Shown here: in pieces, positions 8,443 through 18,500 of the stretch | Numbering within the stretch: the stretch's first letter is position 1 | Layout: every line of letters begins with the position of its first letter | IMG/VR virus record: IMGVR_UViG_3300033553_000165 | Location: 32,897-96,896 of that record | DNA length: 64,000 nt | Direction: 5' to 3' (one strand) | From: a virus | Position numbers and translations under genes: made by a program | The notes under the pieces: model-generated | The model's database searches: none | The model's input: the letters and a program-made list of their open reading frames with translations, nothing else | What the model was told of the DNA's origin: nothing

Positions 8443-10350
8443 TTAACTTTTTTTTAATATACTAATGCCATTTACTTTTTTTATTATCAATTCGTTATTT
8501 GCTCCGATGGGTGTATTTCTGTGGGAGACTACCAATGTAGTAACCCCGAGACCTTCCAATATTTTTATCAGATCTTTTTGGCCCGTAACATCCAGACCCT
8601 CAAATACTTCATCTAATCCTAAGAAATTCAAACCACCATTTGGAGCCGACATATTGAATAACTTCTGCATACCTACGATATTGGCTAAATTTATGCGCCC
8701 CTTCTCTCCTCCACTATACTTCTCATATACTCCTACGTTCTTACCGTTCCGGATAATTGAGACGTCTATTTTCTCCCTTACATCGCCACTCTTTAAAACG
8801 GTAAATCCATCTATGTTTACTTGGAGATCAGTATTGATTTTCTTAAGATAGCTGTTTGTGATACCTTCTATGGATTTTATACTCTTATTAGTTAAAAAAG
8901 TCATAAAACCCTTTTTTCCTAAATGGTGTATCCAAAACTCATTTTCATCTACTTTCATTTCCCACTCCAGCATTTCTTTCGTGTGAACTTTTAGCTTCGT
9001 GCGGGCATTACCAAACTCTTCCTTCAGCTTAACGATTTTTTCGTCCTTATTTGCCCCTTCTTTTAGTTTCTCTATAATCTCCTCGTTATTCTTTATAGAA
9101 CGCTTAAATCCTTCTATTTCATCCTCTAGTATAGTGTATGAGTTCTTAAGGCTTTTATGTTTACGCTTGGCGTCTAAATATTCTTGATCAGCTTCATCAG
9201 CCTTCTCAATTTCAACCTCAATATTTTTAATCCGCTTCTCCAACTTTTTAATCGAAACTCCATCAATCTCTATATTCTCCTTAAGAATCTTAATATTCTC
9301 ATTAGTGGCTTCCATTAGTTCCGGAACCTCTTCTAAACTTATATTGGCCGAAGGATTAAATCCAAACTTACATTCTGGACAATCTATTCTCCCCTTCTTG
9401 ATATTCTCCAAGTGGTTTATTAAATGCTCAGCTTCCGCTATATCATCTTGAGTTTTATTTCGCTCCTTTTTTATCTTAGCGATTTTCCCCTTCAACTTCT
9501 TAACCCTATCATATAATTCAGTGGTATCTTTAAGAGCATCCTTTTTAATTAGGATATCTCGCTCCGCAAGAATAACCTTTTCCTCCAATTCCATTCTCTT
9601 TTCACCGCCTTCTGAAATCTTTAATTTATACTTATCAATCTGGTTAGTGTAGCCGGAAATTTTAGTCTCAATCCTCTGTAAATAATTTTCCTTTTCATCC
9701 TTAATTTCACCCTCAATAAATTCCATTTTATTCTCCAATTTCGTAACCTTTTCCTTCAGATCATTTAGCTTTAAATTGTTACCCTTATTGGATGATTTAA
9801 GTTCCTCAATCTTATCACTTATAAATTGGGTGTTTGAAAATCTAGCAATAATATTTTTCTTTTCAGCGTCTCCAGCCGTCAAGAAAGAATAATGCGTATC
9901 TTGCCCTATAACGAAGAAGTGAATGAAGTCCTCACGAGTTAATCCGATAAGTTCTAAGATTCGGTTATTTGCCTCAATTACCGAAGTAACTTGCGTATTC
10001 TTCTCACCGTTCTCCCATAGCTCAATACGTGAAGATTTCTTCCTATCAAACCAGCGTCTAATACTTAGCGTCTTTATTTTGCATACTTGGTTAGTCAGAT
10101 CAAATTGGACATAGGTTTCATCAGCGTCGTCAGCTATGAAACTATCCTTATTTACGTCCCGATTTGTTGAACCTGTTATTGCCAACGTTATTCCTTCAAT
10201 CAGAGTAGACTTTCCGGAACCATTACTATCTGCTCCTGGGTCGGTTTCATTTTCTCCGTAAATCATCACGCATTGATTATTCTGGAATTCATATTCTGAA
10301 TCAGCGTGGGACATTAAGTCTTTAAGTATTATTTTGGTTGGTTGCCACAT
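8443..10350 (-). CDS. sbcC: SbcC/Rad50 (T4 gp46-like) recombination ATPase
   Basis: Walker A SNGSGKST, CPEC zinc hook in the coiled coil, YSGGEKGR signature, LDEVFEGLD, VVSH. Confidence 0.93.
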   Translation of the reverse strand: MWQPTKIILKDLMSHADSEYEFQNNQCVMIYGENETDPGADSNGSGKSTLIEGITLAITGSTNRDVNKDSFIADDADETYVQFDLTNQVCKIKTLSIRRWFDRKKSSRIELWENGEKNTQVTSVIEANNRILELIGLTREDFIHFFVIGQDTHYSFLTAGDAEKKNIIARFSNTQFISDKIEELKSSNKGNNLKLNDLKEKVTKLENKMEFIEGEIKDEKENYLQRIETKISGYTNQIDKYKLKISEGGEKRMELEEKVILAERDILIKKDALKDTTELYDRVKKLKGKIAKIKKERNKTQDDIAEAEHLINHLENIKKGRIDCPECKFGFNPSANISLEEVPELMEATNENIKILKENIEIDGVSIKKLEKRIKNIEVEIEKADEADQEYLDAKRKHKSLKNSYTILEDEIEGFKRSIKNNEEIIEKLKEGANKDEKIVKLKEEFGNARTKLKVHTKEMLEWEMKVDENEFWIHHLGKKGFMTFLTNKSIKSIEGITNSYLKKINTDLQVNIDGFTVLKSGDVREKIDVSIIRNGKNVGVYEKYSGGEKGRINLANIVGMQKLFNMSAPNGGLNFLGLDEVFEGLDVTGQKDLIKILEGLGVTTLVVSHRNTPIGANNELIIKKVNGISILKKS

Positions 10351-10673
10351 TATCTTGTTGGGTTTACGATGAATCTGTATCTGGGTGAAAGGAACTTATT
10401 ACCTACTTTCTTTTCGATCATTTGTTGAGCCTTGTGTTCACCCTTCTTCTCAATTATTTTTTGTACGAAACGGATTGCGGATTTTTTACTTTTATGTAAA
10501 GCAGATACCTTCGTTCCGGATTTGGCTTCGCTAATACAAAGCCGATTATTAAATTTATGTAAGAATAATTCTAAGCTATCAAAACCATCTATCTGTATTG
10601 GGAGACCGCTAACCTTTTTGAAGGTATTTCCGTTCCGGACATAATAATTTTCGTTGACTAATCTAATCCACAT
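10350..10673 (-). CDS. Hypothetical protein
   Basis: ORF track; coupled between sbcD and sbcC. Confidence 0.7.
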   Translation of the reverse strand: MWIRLVNENYYVRNGNTFKKVSGLPIQIDGFDSLELFLHKFNNRLCISEAKSGTKVSALHKSKKSAIRFVQKIIEKKGEHKAQQMIEKKVGNKFLSPRYRFIVNPTR

Positions 10674-11721
10674 TTTGTTTAAGTATTTTAAGACCTCGTT
10701 TGCGGCTGATAGAATCTATACCTTGGATTTTACAATATTCGGCGAAATACTTTATTATAGCTTTTTGATCAAGTTCTTTTAGATCACCGCTCTCAATTTT
10801 AAGTATTTCTTCATTGATATCATTCAGCTCAAACTTACAGTCAATTCCTAAACTACTTAACTTTGCTTGATCTACCTTATGAATCTCAGATTTATCTCCA
10901 GAGAATATAAACCGTACATTATCTTCTTTTCCACCGTACATCTCAATCTCATTATCAACGTCGTCATTAACGTCCAACTTGATCTTTATGTATTTAGGGA
11001 AGTTTGTAGGCTCAAAATCTATATCTCCATTTTCCATTAGGATAGTAAATCCTTTGTCCTCTATATTTTCCCCATAATTACCTTGATAGGCTGAACCAAT
11101 ATAAAAGATATTTTTACCGATTTCACTCCCATCGTGATAATGCCCGACTAAGACCTTATCCCAGCTTTTTACGTCCTTCGGCGAAATAGCATCTTCAACT
11201 ACTGAACCGTCGTTATTTCGTACCCCATTAAAGGCGACGTGAGTTATTAAGATTGACTTCTCATACGGAACCTTTTCTCTCAGGGTTTCAAGCTCTTTTA
11301 ATCTCGCTTTATAACTATTGGAGAAGTATGGTAAAAATCCTACCGATATGTCCCCCATTTTTATACATCTAAAGTTTCTGACCAATTGGAAGTTTACCGT
11401 ATTATCAAATACATCTAAATAGCTATCCTCACTATCTAAATCCGTCTTATCGTGGTTACCAGGAATACCAACTAACGTTATTCCCGTTCCCTCAAATATA
11501 CCTAAGATTTTCTTCATAGTAATCAACGTCATCAGGTTTTGACCTATACGATTTGTGAAGAAGTCTCCACCGTGAATTACATAATCGACTCCTAATAAAT
11601 TAGCAAGGTCATATGCCTGCACAAAAATATTATAGACTAAATCTAAATTATCACGCTTTAAATGCGTATCGGTCAAAACTACTGCTAACGGCTTATTGAT
11701 CATAACTTTCTCTTTCTTCAA
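10663..11721 (-). CDS. sbcD: SbcD/Mre11 (T4 gp47-like) nuclease
   Basis: TDTHL, GGDFF, PGNHD, THV, GHYH metallophosphoesterase motifs; next to sbcC. Confidence 0.92.
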   Translation of the reverse strand: MKKEKVMINKPLAVVLTDTHLKRDNLDLVYNIFVQAYDLANLLGVDYVIHGGDFFTNRIGQNLMTLITMKKILGIFEGTGITLVGIPGNHDKTDLDSEDSYLDVFDNTVNFQLVRNFRCIKMGDISVGFLPYFSNSYKARLKELETLREKVPYEKSILITHVAFNGVRNNDGSVVEDAISPKDVKSWDKVLVGHYHDGSEIGKNIFYIGSAYQGNYGENIEDKGFTILMENGDIDFEPTNFPKYIKIKLDVNDDVDNEIEMYGGKEDNVRFIFSGDKSEIHKVDQAKLSSLGIDCKFELNDINEEILKIESGDLKELDQKAIIKYFAEYCKIQGIDSISRKRGLKILKQNVD

Positions 11722-12778
11722 TTACTTGTTGATGTCTTTGCTTTGTAATCTTCTTATGGATAATCTCCATATATTTATTCTTGCTCCAGTACAGCTGATA
11801 GAGTGTCCGCTTACTACTCCAACTAACTTTGCCCTTCATAGCCGAGTGCTTTAGAGCTCCTTCTTTTTCAATAATCCCGTGCTCAACACCAAAGGTAATA
11901 TCTTCAGCGCTCAATACCATACCGAACCCCATTAGGATTTCAATATTTGTTTCTCGTCGGCTTCCGAAGTCATTCTTTTCAACCGAAACTTTTGTTATCT
12001 GAGCTACCTTAGCATCGTCAATCTTTTCACTCTTAATAGTGACCATCCTTAACCGTATTGTGGACATTAATTCAACCCACTCACCACCTGTCGATTTCTT
12101 ACCGTGACCTCCGATTTTATCATAAACGTGGTTCAACATTATGAAGTGTATGGTGGTGTTATACATTTCCCCTACTAAGAACTTGGCGAACATCTTAGCT
12201 GGTTTAGCAAAGGCTCCGATTTTTTCGTGCTTCAACTTTTCCATATCTTTCCCCTTCGTCATTGTCTTTTCCATAGCGGCAGTATTCTCCTGCATAGTAT
12301 CAAGCTCAGATCGAGATAGGGTTGCCCCTAAACTATCCCAAAGGAAATAAAATTTAGGCTCTCCCATCTTTTCCGCTCTGAAAATATCCTTAGCTTCTTC
12401 AATAAGGTTTTTGACTTGAAGAAACATCATCTCAACATAGCGGATTTTTATTATCATAACCTTTTCCAAATCAATACCGAGACGTGTAGCGTATTCACGA
12501 TTGTCCCTATTTTCTGAAGATAGGATAACCGCTATTCCATCAGGTTGAGCATTGAGGAAATTTCTCATACCTACTAATCCCAACGTTGTCTTTCCGGAAG
12601 CACTTGGCCCAGCTATTTCAACGATTCCTGTAGGTAATCCAAAAGTTCCTAAATTGTAATCTAATTCGGGGGATCCCGTATGCGCCCAACTACTAACTTC
12701 CTTGAAGCTATTTTTGTCGGAGAACTTGATAACGTCTCCGGAGTTGAACCGCTTTACCAGTTTGTCTATTATACTCAT
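11693..12778 (-). CDS. recA: RecA/UvsX recombinase
   Basis: TGSPELD, GIVEIAGPSASGKTT, WDSLG, STGG, VEKN. Confidence 0.9.
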   Translation of the reverse strand: MSIIDKLVKRFNSGDVIKFSDKNSFKEVSSWAHTGSPELDYNLGTFGLPTGIVEIAGPSASGKTTLGLVGMRNFLNAQPDGIAVILSSENRDNREYATRLGIDLEKVMIIKIRYVEMMFLQVKNLIEEAKDIFRAEKMGEPKFYFLWDSLGATLSRSELDTMQENTAAMEKTMTKGKDMEKLKHEKIGAFAKPAKMFAKFLVGEMYNTTIHFIMLNHVYDKIGGHGKKSTGGEWVELMSTIRLRMVTIKSEKIDDAKVAQITKVSVEKNDFGSRRETNIEILMGFGMVLSAEDITFGVEHGIIEKEGALKHSAMKGKVSWSSKRTLYQLYWSKNKYMEIIHKKITKQRHQQVIEERESYDQ

Positions 12779-12800
12779 AATTTTAACTTTATTTTAATAT

Positions 12801-12836
12801 AAAAAACCGTGGGCAGATTTCTCCACTCACGGTTTT
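12801..12836 (-). terminator. Rho-independent terminator after SSB
   Basis: Minus strand AACCGTGAGTGGA-GAAA-TCTGCCCACGGTT followed by a T run. Confidence 0.8.
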
Positions 12837-12857
12837 CTTAACATAAATTAAGGGAGA

Positions 12858-14123
12858 TTATTTTTTATTTCTAAGTCGGCTTCGGATATCATCTATGGAC
12901 ATTTTACCCTTTTTCTTTGGGGCTTCTTCCTCTTCCTCTTCTTCCTCATCCTCTTCTTCCTCATCCTCTTCTTCCTCAACCTCGTCGGCTTCTTCTTCCT
13001 CAACCTCTTCTTCGTCTTCTTCCTCTTCACCTACTTCCTCACGGATAGCGTCTCGGATTTCTTCGTCGGTCATAGATTTCAGAACCTTTATATCTAAGTC
13101 CTCTGCCTTGATATATTTCAGAAGTTCCTTCCGGCTCATATCATCCAGCTCATCTCCTTCTTCGTCTTCCTCTTCCTCCTCTTCATCTTCTTCCTCTTCA
13201 ACTTCTTCAACTTTAGCCTTCTTAGCTTTCTTGGACTTTTTATCTTCCTTCTTAGCTTTTTTAGGCTTTTCATCCTCCTCTTCGTCTTCATCCTCTTCTT
13301 CATCATATTGGTCTTTAACTTCCTCAACGATTTCTAACCACCTGTCGTCGTCAAAAAAGTCAAACTCATTATTCGTATCATAATGCTCCAAACCTTTTAA
13401 AGCTCTCTGAAAATCCTTTAGCGTATAAACTTCACGGAATAATTCAATCAAACTCTTTGCTTTATCGAACTTATCAAGTTCCTCATCTTCCAAAGGCTCT
13501 GATCTTTTACTTACCGTGACTGAATAATAGTCCTCGCCTTTCTTCTTATTAGGCTTGCTAATATACTTAATAAGTATCGGAAGACCGTCGTCGATATCTG
13601 TGAACGGATCAACCTCTATCGGGTCAGATTCGTCTTCCATAAATAATTCCTTATTCAGCGCATCACGAACCGTTTTCTTGAAAGCAAGTAAACCAAATTC
13701 CCTTTTAGATTTAGAAATTTTAACAGCGTATGCTACCCATTCTAAATCATAACTTAATCCAGTTTTCCAATCGCCAAGCAGCTTCAATTTATCGTCGTCC
13801 TTCAAATTCGCCTTAGCAAATTTAATATACTCATCAATAATATCCAATTTGGTTCCCCCGTGTAAAACTGAGTTGAGAACCGTTCTGCGGATTTCTTTAC
13901 CCTCGTCATCTTCCAGCGTTAACCACGCTTGTTTTTTCATTATGAAAAAATCAACCCCATCGTGAGGTGGAAATAAACGGAATTTGGTAGCTTTACCGTC
14001 TTCGAATTCAAGATAGTCGTTAAAACCTCTTACGCCAATAAGCTCGTTTTCTTGGTCCGCCTTTTCTTTAAGGTCTCCAATTTTTACGCTCTTAGCTTTG
14101 TACTTTTTTCTTAAGTCTGACAT
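12858..14123 (-). CDS. Single-stranded DNA-binding protein (gp32-like) with very long acidic tail
   Basis: KFRLFPP...DPFTDIDDGLPILI core; position among recA/uvsY; E/D-rich C-terminus. Confidence 0.75.
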   Translation of the reverse strand: MSDLRKKYKAKSVKIGDLKEKADQENELIGVRGFNDYLEFEDGKATKFRLFPPHDGVDFFIMKKQAWLTLEDDEGKEIRRTVLNSVLHGGTKLDIIDEYIKFAKANLKDDDKLKLLGDWKTGLSYDLEWVAYAVKISKSKREFGLLAFKKTVRDALNKELFMEDESDPIEVDPFTDIDDGLPILIKYISKPNKKKGEDYYSVTVSKRSEPLEDEELDKFDKAKSLIELFREVYTLKDFQRALKGLEHYDTNNEFDFFDDDRWLEIVEEVKDQYDEEEDEDEEEDEKPKKAKKEDKKSKKAKKAKVEEVEEEEDEEEEEEDEEGDELDDMSRKELLKYIKAEDLDIKVLKSMTDEEIRDAIREEVGEEEEDEEEVEEEEADEVEEEEDEEEEDEEEEEEEEAPKKKGKMSIDDIRSRLRNKK

Positions 14124-14142
14124 CGTTTTTAAAATTTAATTT

Positions 14143-14667
14143 TTAATCGGTTATTGTTCCCTTTTTTATTTTGAAGTAAACTTTGTTAAGCTGAGACTGA
14201 AGAATTTGATCATCCATATCCCCAAACTTTAACGTCATACTCAATTTATCCAGCTTGTGGCTTTTATCTTTAGCAGATTGGTAAATTGTGTACATAAACT
14301 CCTTTTCTTTAGTAACCCTGTTAAACTTTTGCTTCTTCTTCTGCCATATTTTGTCCATTGTTAAAGCATCGTCTACTTCAGCTATCGTGTAACGCTTCCG
14401 TTCATCATCAGCGTCAAAAGCATTCCGGATTCTTTCCTTAGCCTTCGCCTCATAAATAGAGAGGTCAAGTTTTGATTCCTGAACCAACCCGTCCATTTCA
14501 GCCGCCAATAGTCCAAACCTATTAACCACCACTGGAAAAGTTATAAGTTCCGCCATAAGATTTGAATAATCTATCTTCAATAGTTTATCAATATCCATAT
14601 TGTCTTCAAAGTCGTCCAACTTAAATTGGATAACATTGTCTCCCATTGTAAATTTTAGTTCTCTCAT
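14143..14667 (-). CDS. UvsY-like recombination mediator
   Basis: Helical protein, LKID..NL..EL...KRYTIAEVDDAL...K..KL pattern; next to SSB and RecA. Confidence 0.55.
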   Translation of the reverse strand: MRELKFTMGDNVIQFKLDDFEDNMDIDKLLKIDYSNLMAELITFPVVVNRFGLLAAEMDGLVQESKLDLSIYEAKAKERIRNAFDADDERKRYTIAEVDDALTMDKIWQKKKQKFNRVTKEKEFMYTIYQSAKDKSHKLDKLSMTLKFGDMDDQILQSQLNKVYFKIKKGTITD

Positions 14668-14933
14668 CCTTCTATTACTTCAATTTTATTAGCCTTTAGT
14701 TGTTCATTAACCTCAATCATCCTCTCCAGATAATCCTTAGCTTTTATAAGGTCTATTTGATTATTCCCCTTACTACTTTCAGGTCGGATGAAACGGTCTA
14801 AATATCGTTCTACGTGTCCCGCACAATAAGCGTCCCCGTGGGTTTTGCTTCTCCTATACATACGGGATATCATATCGTGTTCCTTTTCACCGTATTTAGA
14901 ACGGTTGGAAGCTTCCAGTTCGTCTCTAGTCAT
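14664..14933 (-). CDS. DUF3310 / T7 gp1.7-like putative nucleotide kinase
   Basis: YCAGHVERYLDR...KGNNQIDLIKAKDYLERMI matches the 'GN..KY..R...K....DL.KA..YL' pattern. Confidence 0.6.
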   Translation of the reverse strand: MTRDELEASNRSKYGEKEHDMISRMYRRSKTHGDAYCAGHVERYLDRFIRPESSKGNNQIDLIKAKDYLERMIEVNEQLKANKIEVIEG

Positions 14934-15555
14934 TGTATTTCCAATTTATAGTTTTTAAATCAAATAAAATATTCAGGTCTTTAGTCTCAAGAATAAATGA
15001 ATTTTCTTGGTAATAATCTATACATTCATCAACGGCCAAGTTTAGGTTTTTGATACAATATTTATACTTAACCTTTAAGATCAAGTTCCCTAACTCCATC
15101 TCCTTTTTAATGTAGAACGCCATACTCATCCAGTCTGCGACTTTCACTAATAATTTTACATATTTATGCTTCATAGCGAAATTATCCCGAAATAAGGAAT
15201 TTGATTTCGTTTCAGATCCAAATAAGTTTTCTATGGAAACATCTACGAAACTATCAAGTTCTTGGCGAATTTTGATACCGTTGTGTTTGTTGTACTTAAC
15301 GTTGTGGTTAATGTCACCTGTGAACATTTCGTCAAAGTCGTGAAAGGCAGCATAAGTCATAACCGCTAATTTCTGTTCACACGCTTCCTTTTCGAATATC
15401 TCCTCGGCAAGTATCCTTGAGAACCAAGTTACCAAGAAGCTGTGGTGAGCAACGGTTTCATCCTTTATTCGGTGCATACCGTTCCAACGGATCATATTAT
15501 TTAGTTGATCAAAATTTTCATCAAATAGGATATTTTCAAATAAATTAACTTTCAT
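14926..15555 (-). CDS. HD-domain 5'-deoxynucleotidase (YfbR-like)
   Basis: RWNG...ETVAHHS, HDFDEMFTGDI, VKVAD. Confidence 0.85.
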   Translation of the reverse strand: MKVNLFENILFDENFDQLNNMIRWNGMHRIKDETVAHHSFLVTWFSRILAEEIFEKEACEQKLAVMTYAAFHDFDEMFTGDINHNVKYNKHNGIKIRQELDSFVDVSIENLFGSETKSNSLFRDNFAMKHKYVKLLVKVADWMSMAFYIKKEMELGNLILKVKYKYCIKNLNLAVDECIDYYQENSFILETKDLNILFDLKTINWKYND

Positions 15556-15567
15556 AAGTTGTGGGGA

Positions 15568-18500
15568 TTATAATTCTATTACCTTAGTTCTAGAAGTAAC
15601 TTTGAACATATTTTTACCTCTAAAATCGTCAAAGAAGGCTCCACCGTGAACGGCAAACATTCCTTTAGTTATATTGAGTTCCTTAAATTGTTTTCCATAT
15701 TTCTTGGCTTCCTCTTTCCAGAGAACGGTTAATATGATCGCATTGTTAGATTCTATAGAGACTTTATGGTAAATGTCCCCATTTCTATCTACAGCGTCAA
15801 ATATAGCTAATACCCTTCCAGCTATCGTACAAGGCTCTCCATCATCATACCTTCCTCTCTTTCCTTTTTTAGTATCATTCCAACTTAAAAATGATTGTCC
15901 GTTCCAGTAACTACTTATAACACGCTTCACTTTGGTTTTCTTCATAAGAAGTTCCTTATAATCAATCTCACCAAACCCCGTGATGTCTCTTTGCTTATAT
16001 GTCCAGAACCAGTTCTTATCATTATTTTCGTCAGTCTCTATTTCTTCTGGAATATCGGCTTTAATCAACTCATAATAAGTTTTTAAAACCTTATACCGCT
16101 TTCGGGATTGATTTCCTACTACGTCTCCCTCTGAGTCCTCAATAGCGTCAAACGCTCCTGCGACTATCAAGTTAGTCACAACCCTTTTATTTACCTTGCT
16201 CTTGGGAACCCTATTTAAAAATTCTTCCAATGAAAAGAACATCCCGCCATCTTCTCTAGCTCTAAGGATTTCCGCTACAGCTACCTCCCCTGCGTGCTTA
16301 ATTTTGGTCAACGACCAGTATATGGTATTTTCCTCAGGATCAGAAGTAAAGTGCCTGTCAGACTTATTTATATCTGGGGGCATAACTTTTATCTTTTTCT
16401 TAGAATTTAAGTTAATTGCCGTGATCTCTGAAAGTCTATTCGGAACCTCATTTTTCTCGTCCGAAAAGTTTAAAGAACCCGTCCAAAACTCCAACGGATA
16501 TTTAACTTTAAGATATTGACACCAGTACCCCATCAGGGTGTAGGCTGCGGAGTGAGAACGGTTAAATCCATAAGCAGAGAAAGCATAAAGTTTGTCCCAT
16601 ACTTTAATAGCTATTTCTTCCCCATCACCTTCGGCGAATAGGACTGAGTATCCTTGGATGAATTTTTCCTTGAATTTAGCTAATGATTTATCATCAAACT
16701 TTTTCATATAAGTTCTGACCTGATCGGCTTCGGCTAATGTTAATCCACCGACCACCATCGCTTGCATTACTTGTTCTTGAAATACATATAGACCGTGAGT
16801 ATTTTTGGTTATCACGTCCATATATGGGTCAAACTTCGCTTTCTTCTCCTTATGCTTAATTTTAGCAAAATCATTATGCGCATCACTATCCATCGGTCCT
16901 GGTCTAAATAATGCGTTCATAGAAATTAGGTCTTCTATATTATCAGGTCTTACCTTTTTAGAATAGCTTTTAAGTCCGGAAGTACCAAATTGAAATACGT
17001 CTTCATTCCAACCCTTCTGGAAGAACTTAAAAACGCTCCTACGATTTACCGGAATTTTGTTTAAATTGATCTTTTTACCTTGGTTAACTTTTATCAGCCT
17101 CAAAACTTCTTTAAATTTATCCAGCTGTGCTATCCCCAGAATATCTTCCTTTAAGAACCCAGCACGATCTACATACTTCCCTTCCCATTCTGCTACTAAG
17201 TTCCCATCAATTTTCTTAACAGGCAACCAATCAAAAACCGTCATAGGGTTTCCGTCTTTATCTTCCTTTGGTACAATTAAAACCGCTGACGGATGTATAG
17301 AACCTGCCCTCGGTTGCCCCAAGACTCCTTTTATTACCTCACAGACTTCCGCATTCTTTTGTACGAAGCTTTTCAACTTCGGCTTAATCATAGCGTTATC
17401 AAATATCTCTTGCCAGTTTGCCTTTTGAGAATCCGGAATTTCTTTAGTTGCGAAATTTATATCCTGAAACTGTAAGCCCATTACCCTTCCAAAATCCTTA
17501 AGAGCCGACTTGACTTTCATCCTACTATAAGTTCCCACGGAACATACGCTTGAAACTCCGTATTTCTGTTCTATGTACCTTTTTACTTCCTGCCGCTTAC
17601 TACCTTCAAAATCCACATCAATATCCGGAAGAGCATCAGCCGATTTGGCTCTTTCCCCAGATACTCTAGTTTTATTCATAAATCGCTCAAAAAGTAAATC
17701 ATACTCAATCGGGTCAATTTCCGTAACTCCTAATAAATAGGCTACCAAAGAACCCCCAGCGGAACCCCTTCCTGGTCCTACTAAGATATCATTTTTCTTA
17801 GACCAATCCACTATGTCCCAAAGTATCATAAAATAGTCAACAAACCCCGCACCTACAATAACGTCGTTTTCTTCCTGAATCCGCTCAACGTATTCATTTA
17901 TAGTTTTTTCGTCTTCAAACTTATTAAGAACTTTTTCGGTGAACCCTTCCTCAATTTTTTGGTAATATAAACCTATCGTGTCTTCGTGTTCAAATTTAGG
18001 TAATTTGTGATTTCCTACGTCTATTAGAAAATCGCAAGCTTCAGCAACCTCAACCGTATTGGTTAGGGATTCTATGAATATATCCAACTTATCTTCGTCT
18101 CCAAATAAGGGGAGATTTTCATTAATGATCGTTTGTGAATCCTTGTAATATTGCTGTGATGAAACTGGTTGAGATTTTCGGCTGATATCGTTCAATAGTT
18201 TTTTAACACCGCTATTTACTTTCTCACTATAATAACAGTCTCCTATGTAAATAGGCTTTAAAACCTTATAGAATTTCTTCATATAAGTTTTTATGTTATT
18301 CAGATTTTCCATATCAATGACTTCGTCTTCAAGTTCATTTAGGTCTATCTGGTAATAAAGGTTTTCTTTGCCGTAAATCTCTTGATAAATTTCTATCCTC
18401 TCAAGAAATAATTTACTCTTATTGATAATTCTATTGAAGTAGCTATCCCTCGGAATTACACAAATGATACCTTCGTTGTATTGGAGTAGAATTTCCTCTG

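Noticed and set aside
12900-13310. TCTTCC/TCATCC-like tandem repeats
   Set aside because: They are explained by the Glu/Asp codon runs of the SSB tail.
14926-15555. DatZ-like dATPase of a Z-base (2-aminoadenine) genome
   Set aside because: The HD fold fits, but there is no PurZ or MazZ in the window and the neighbouring TS homologue points to pyrimidine chemistry. It cannot be excluded for the rest of the genome.
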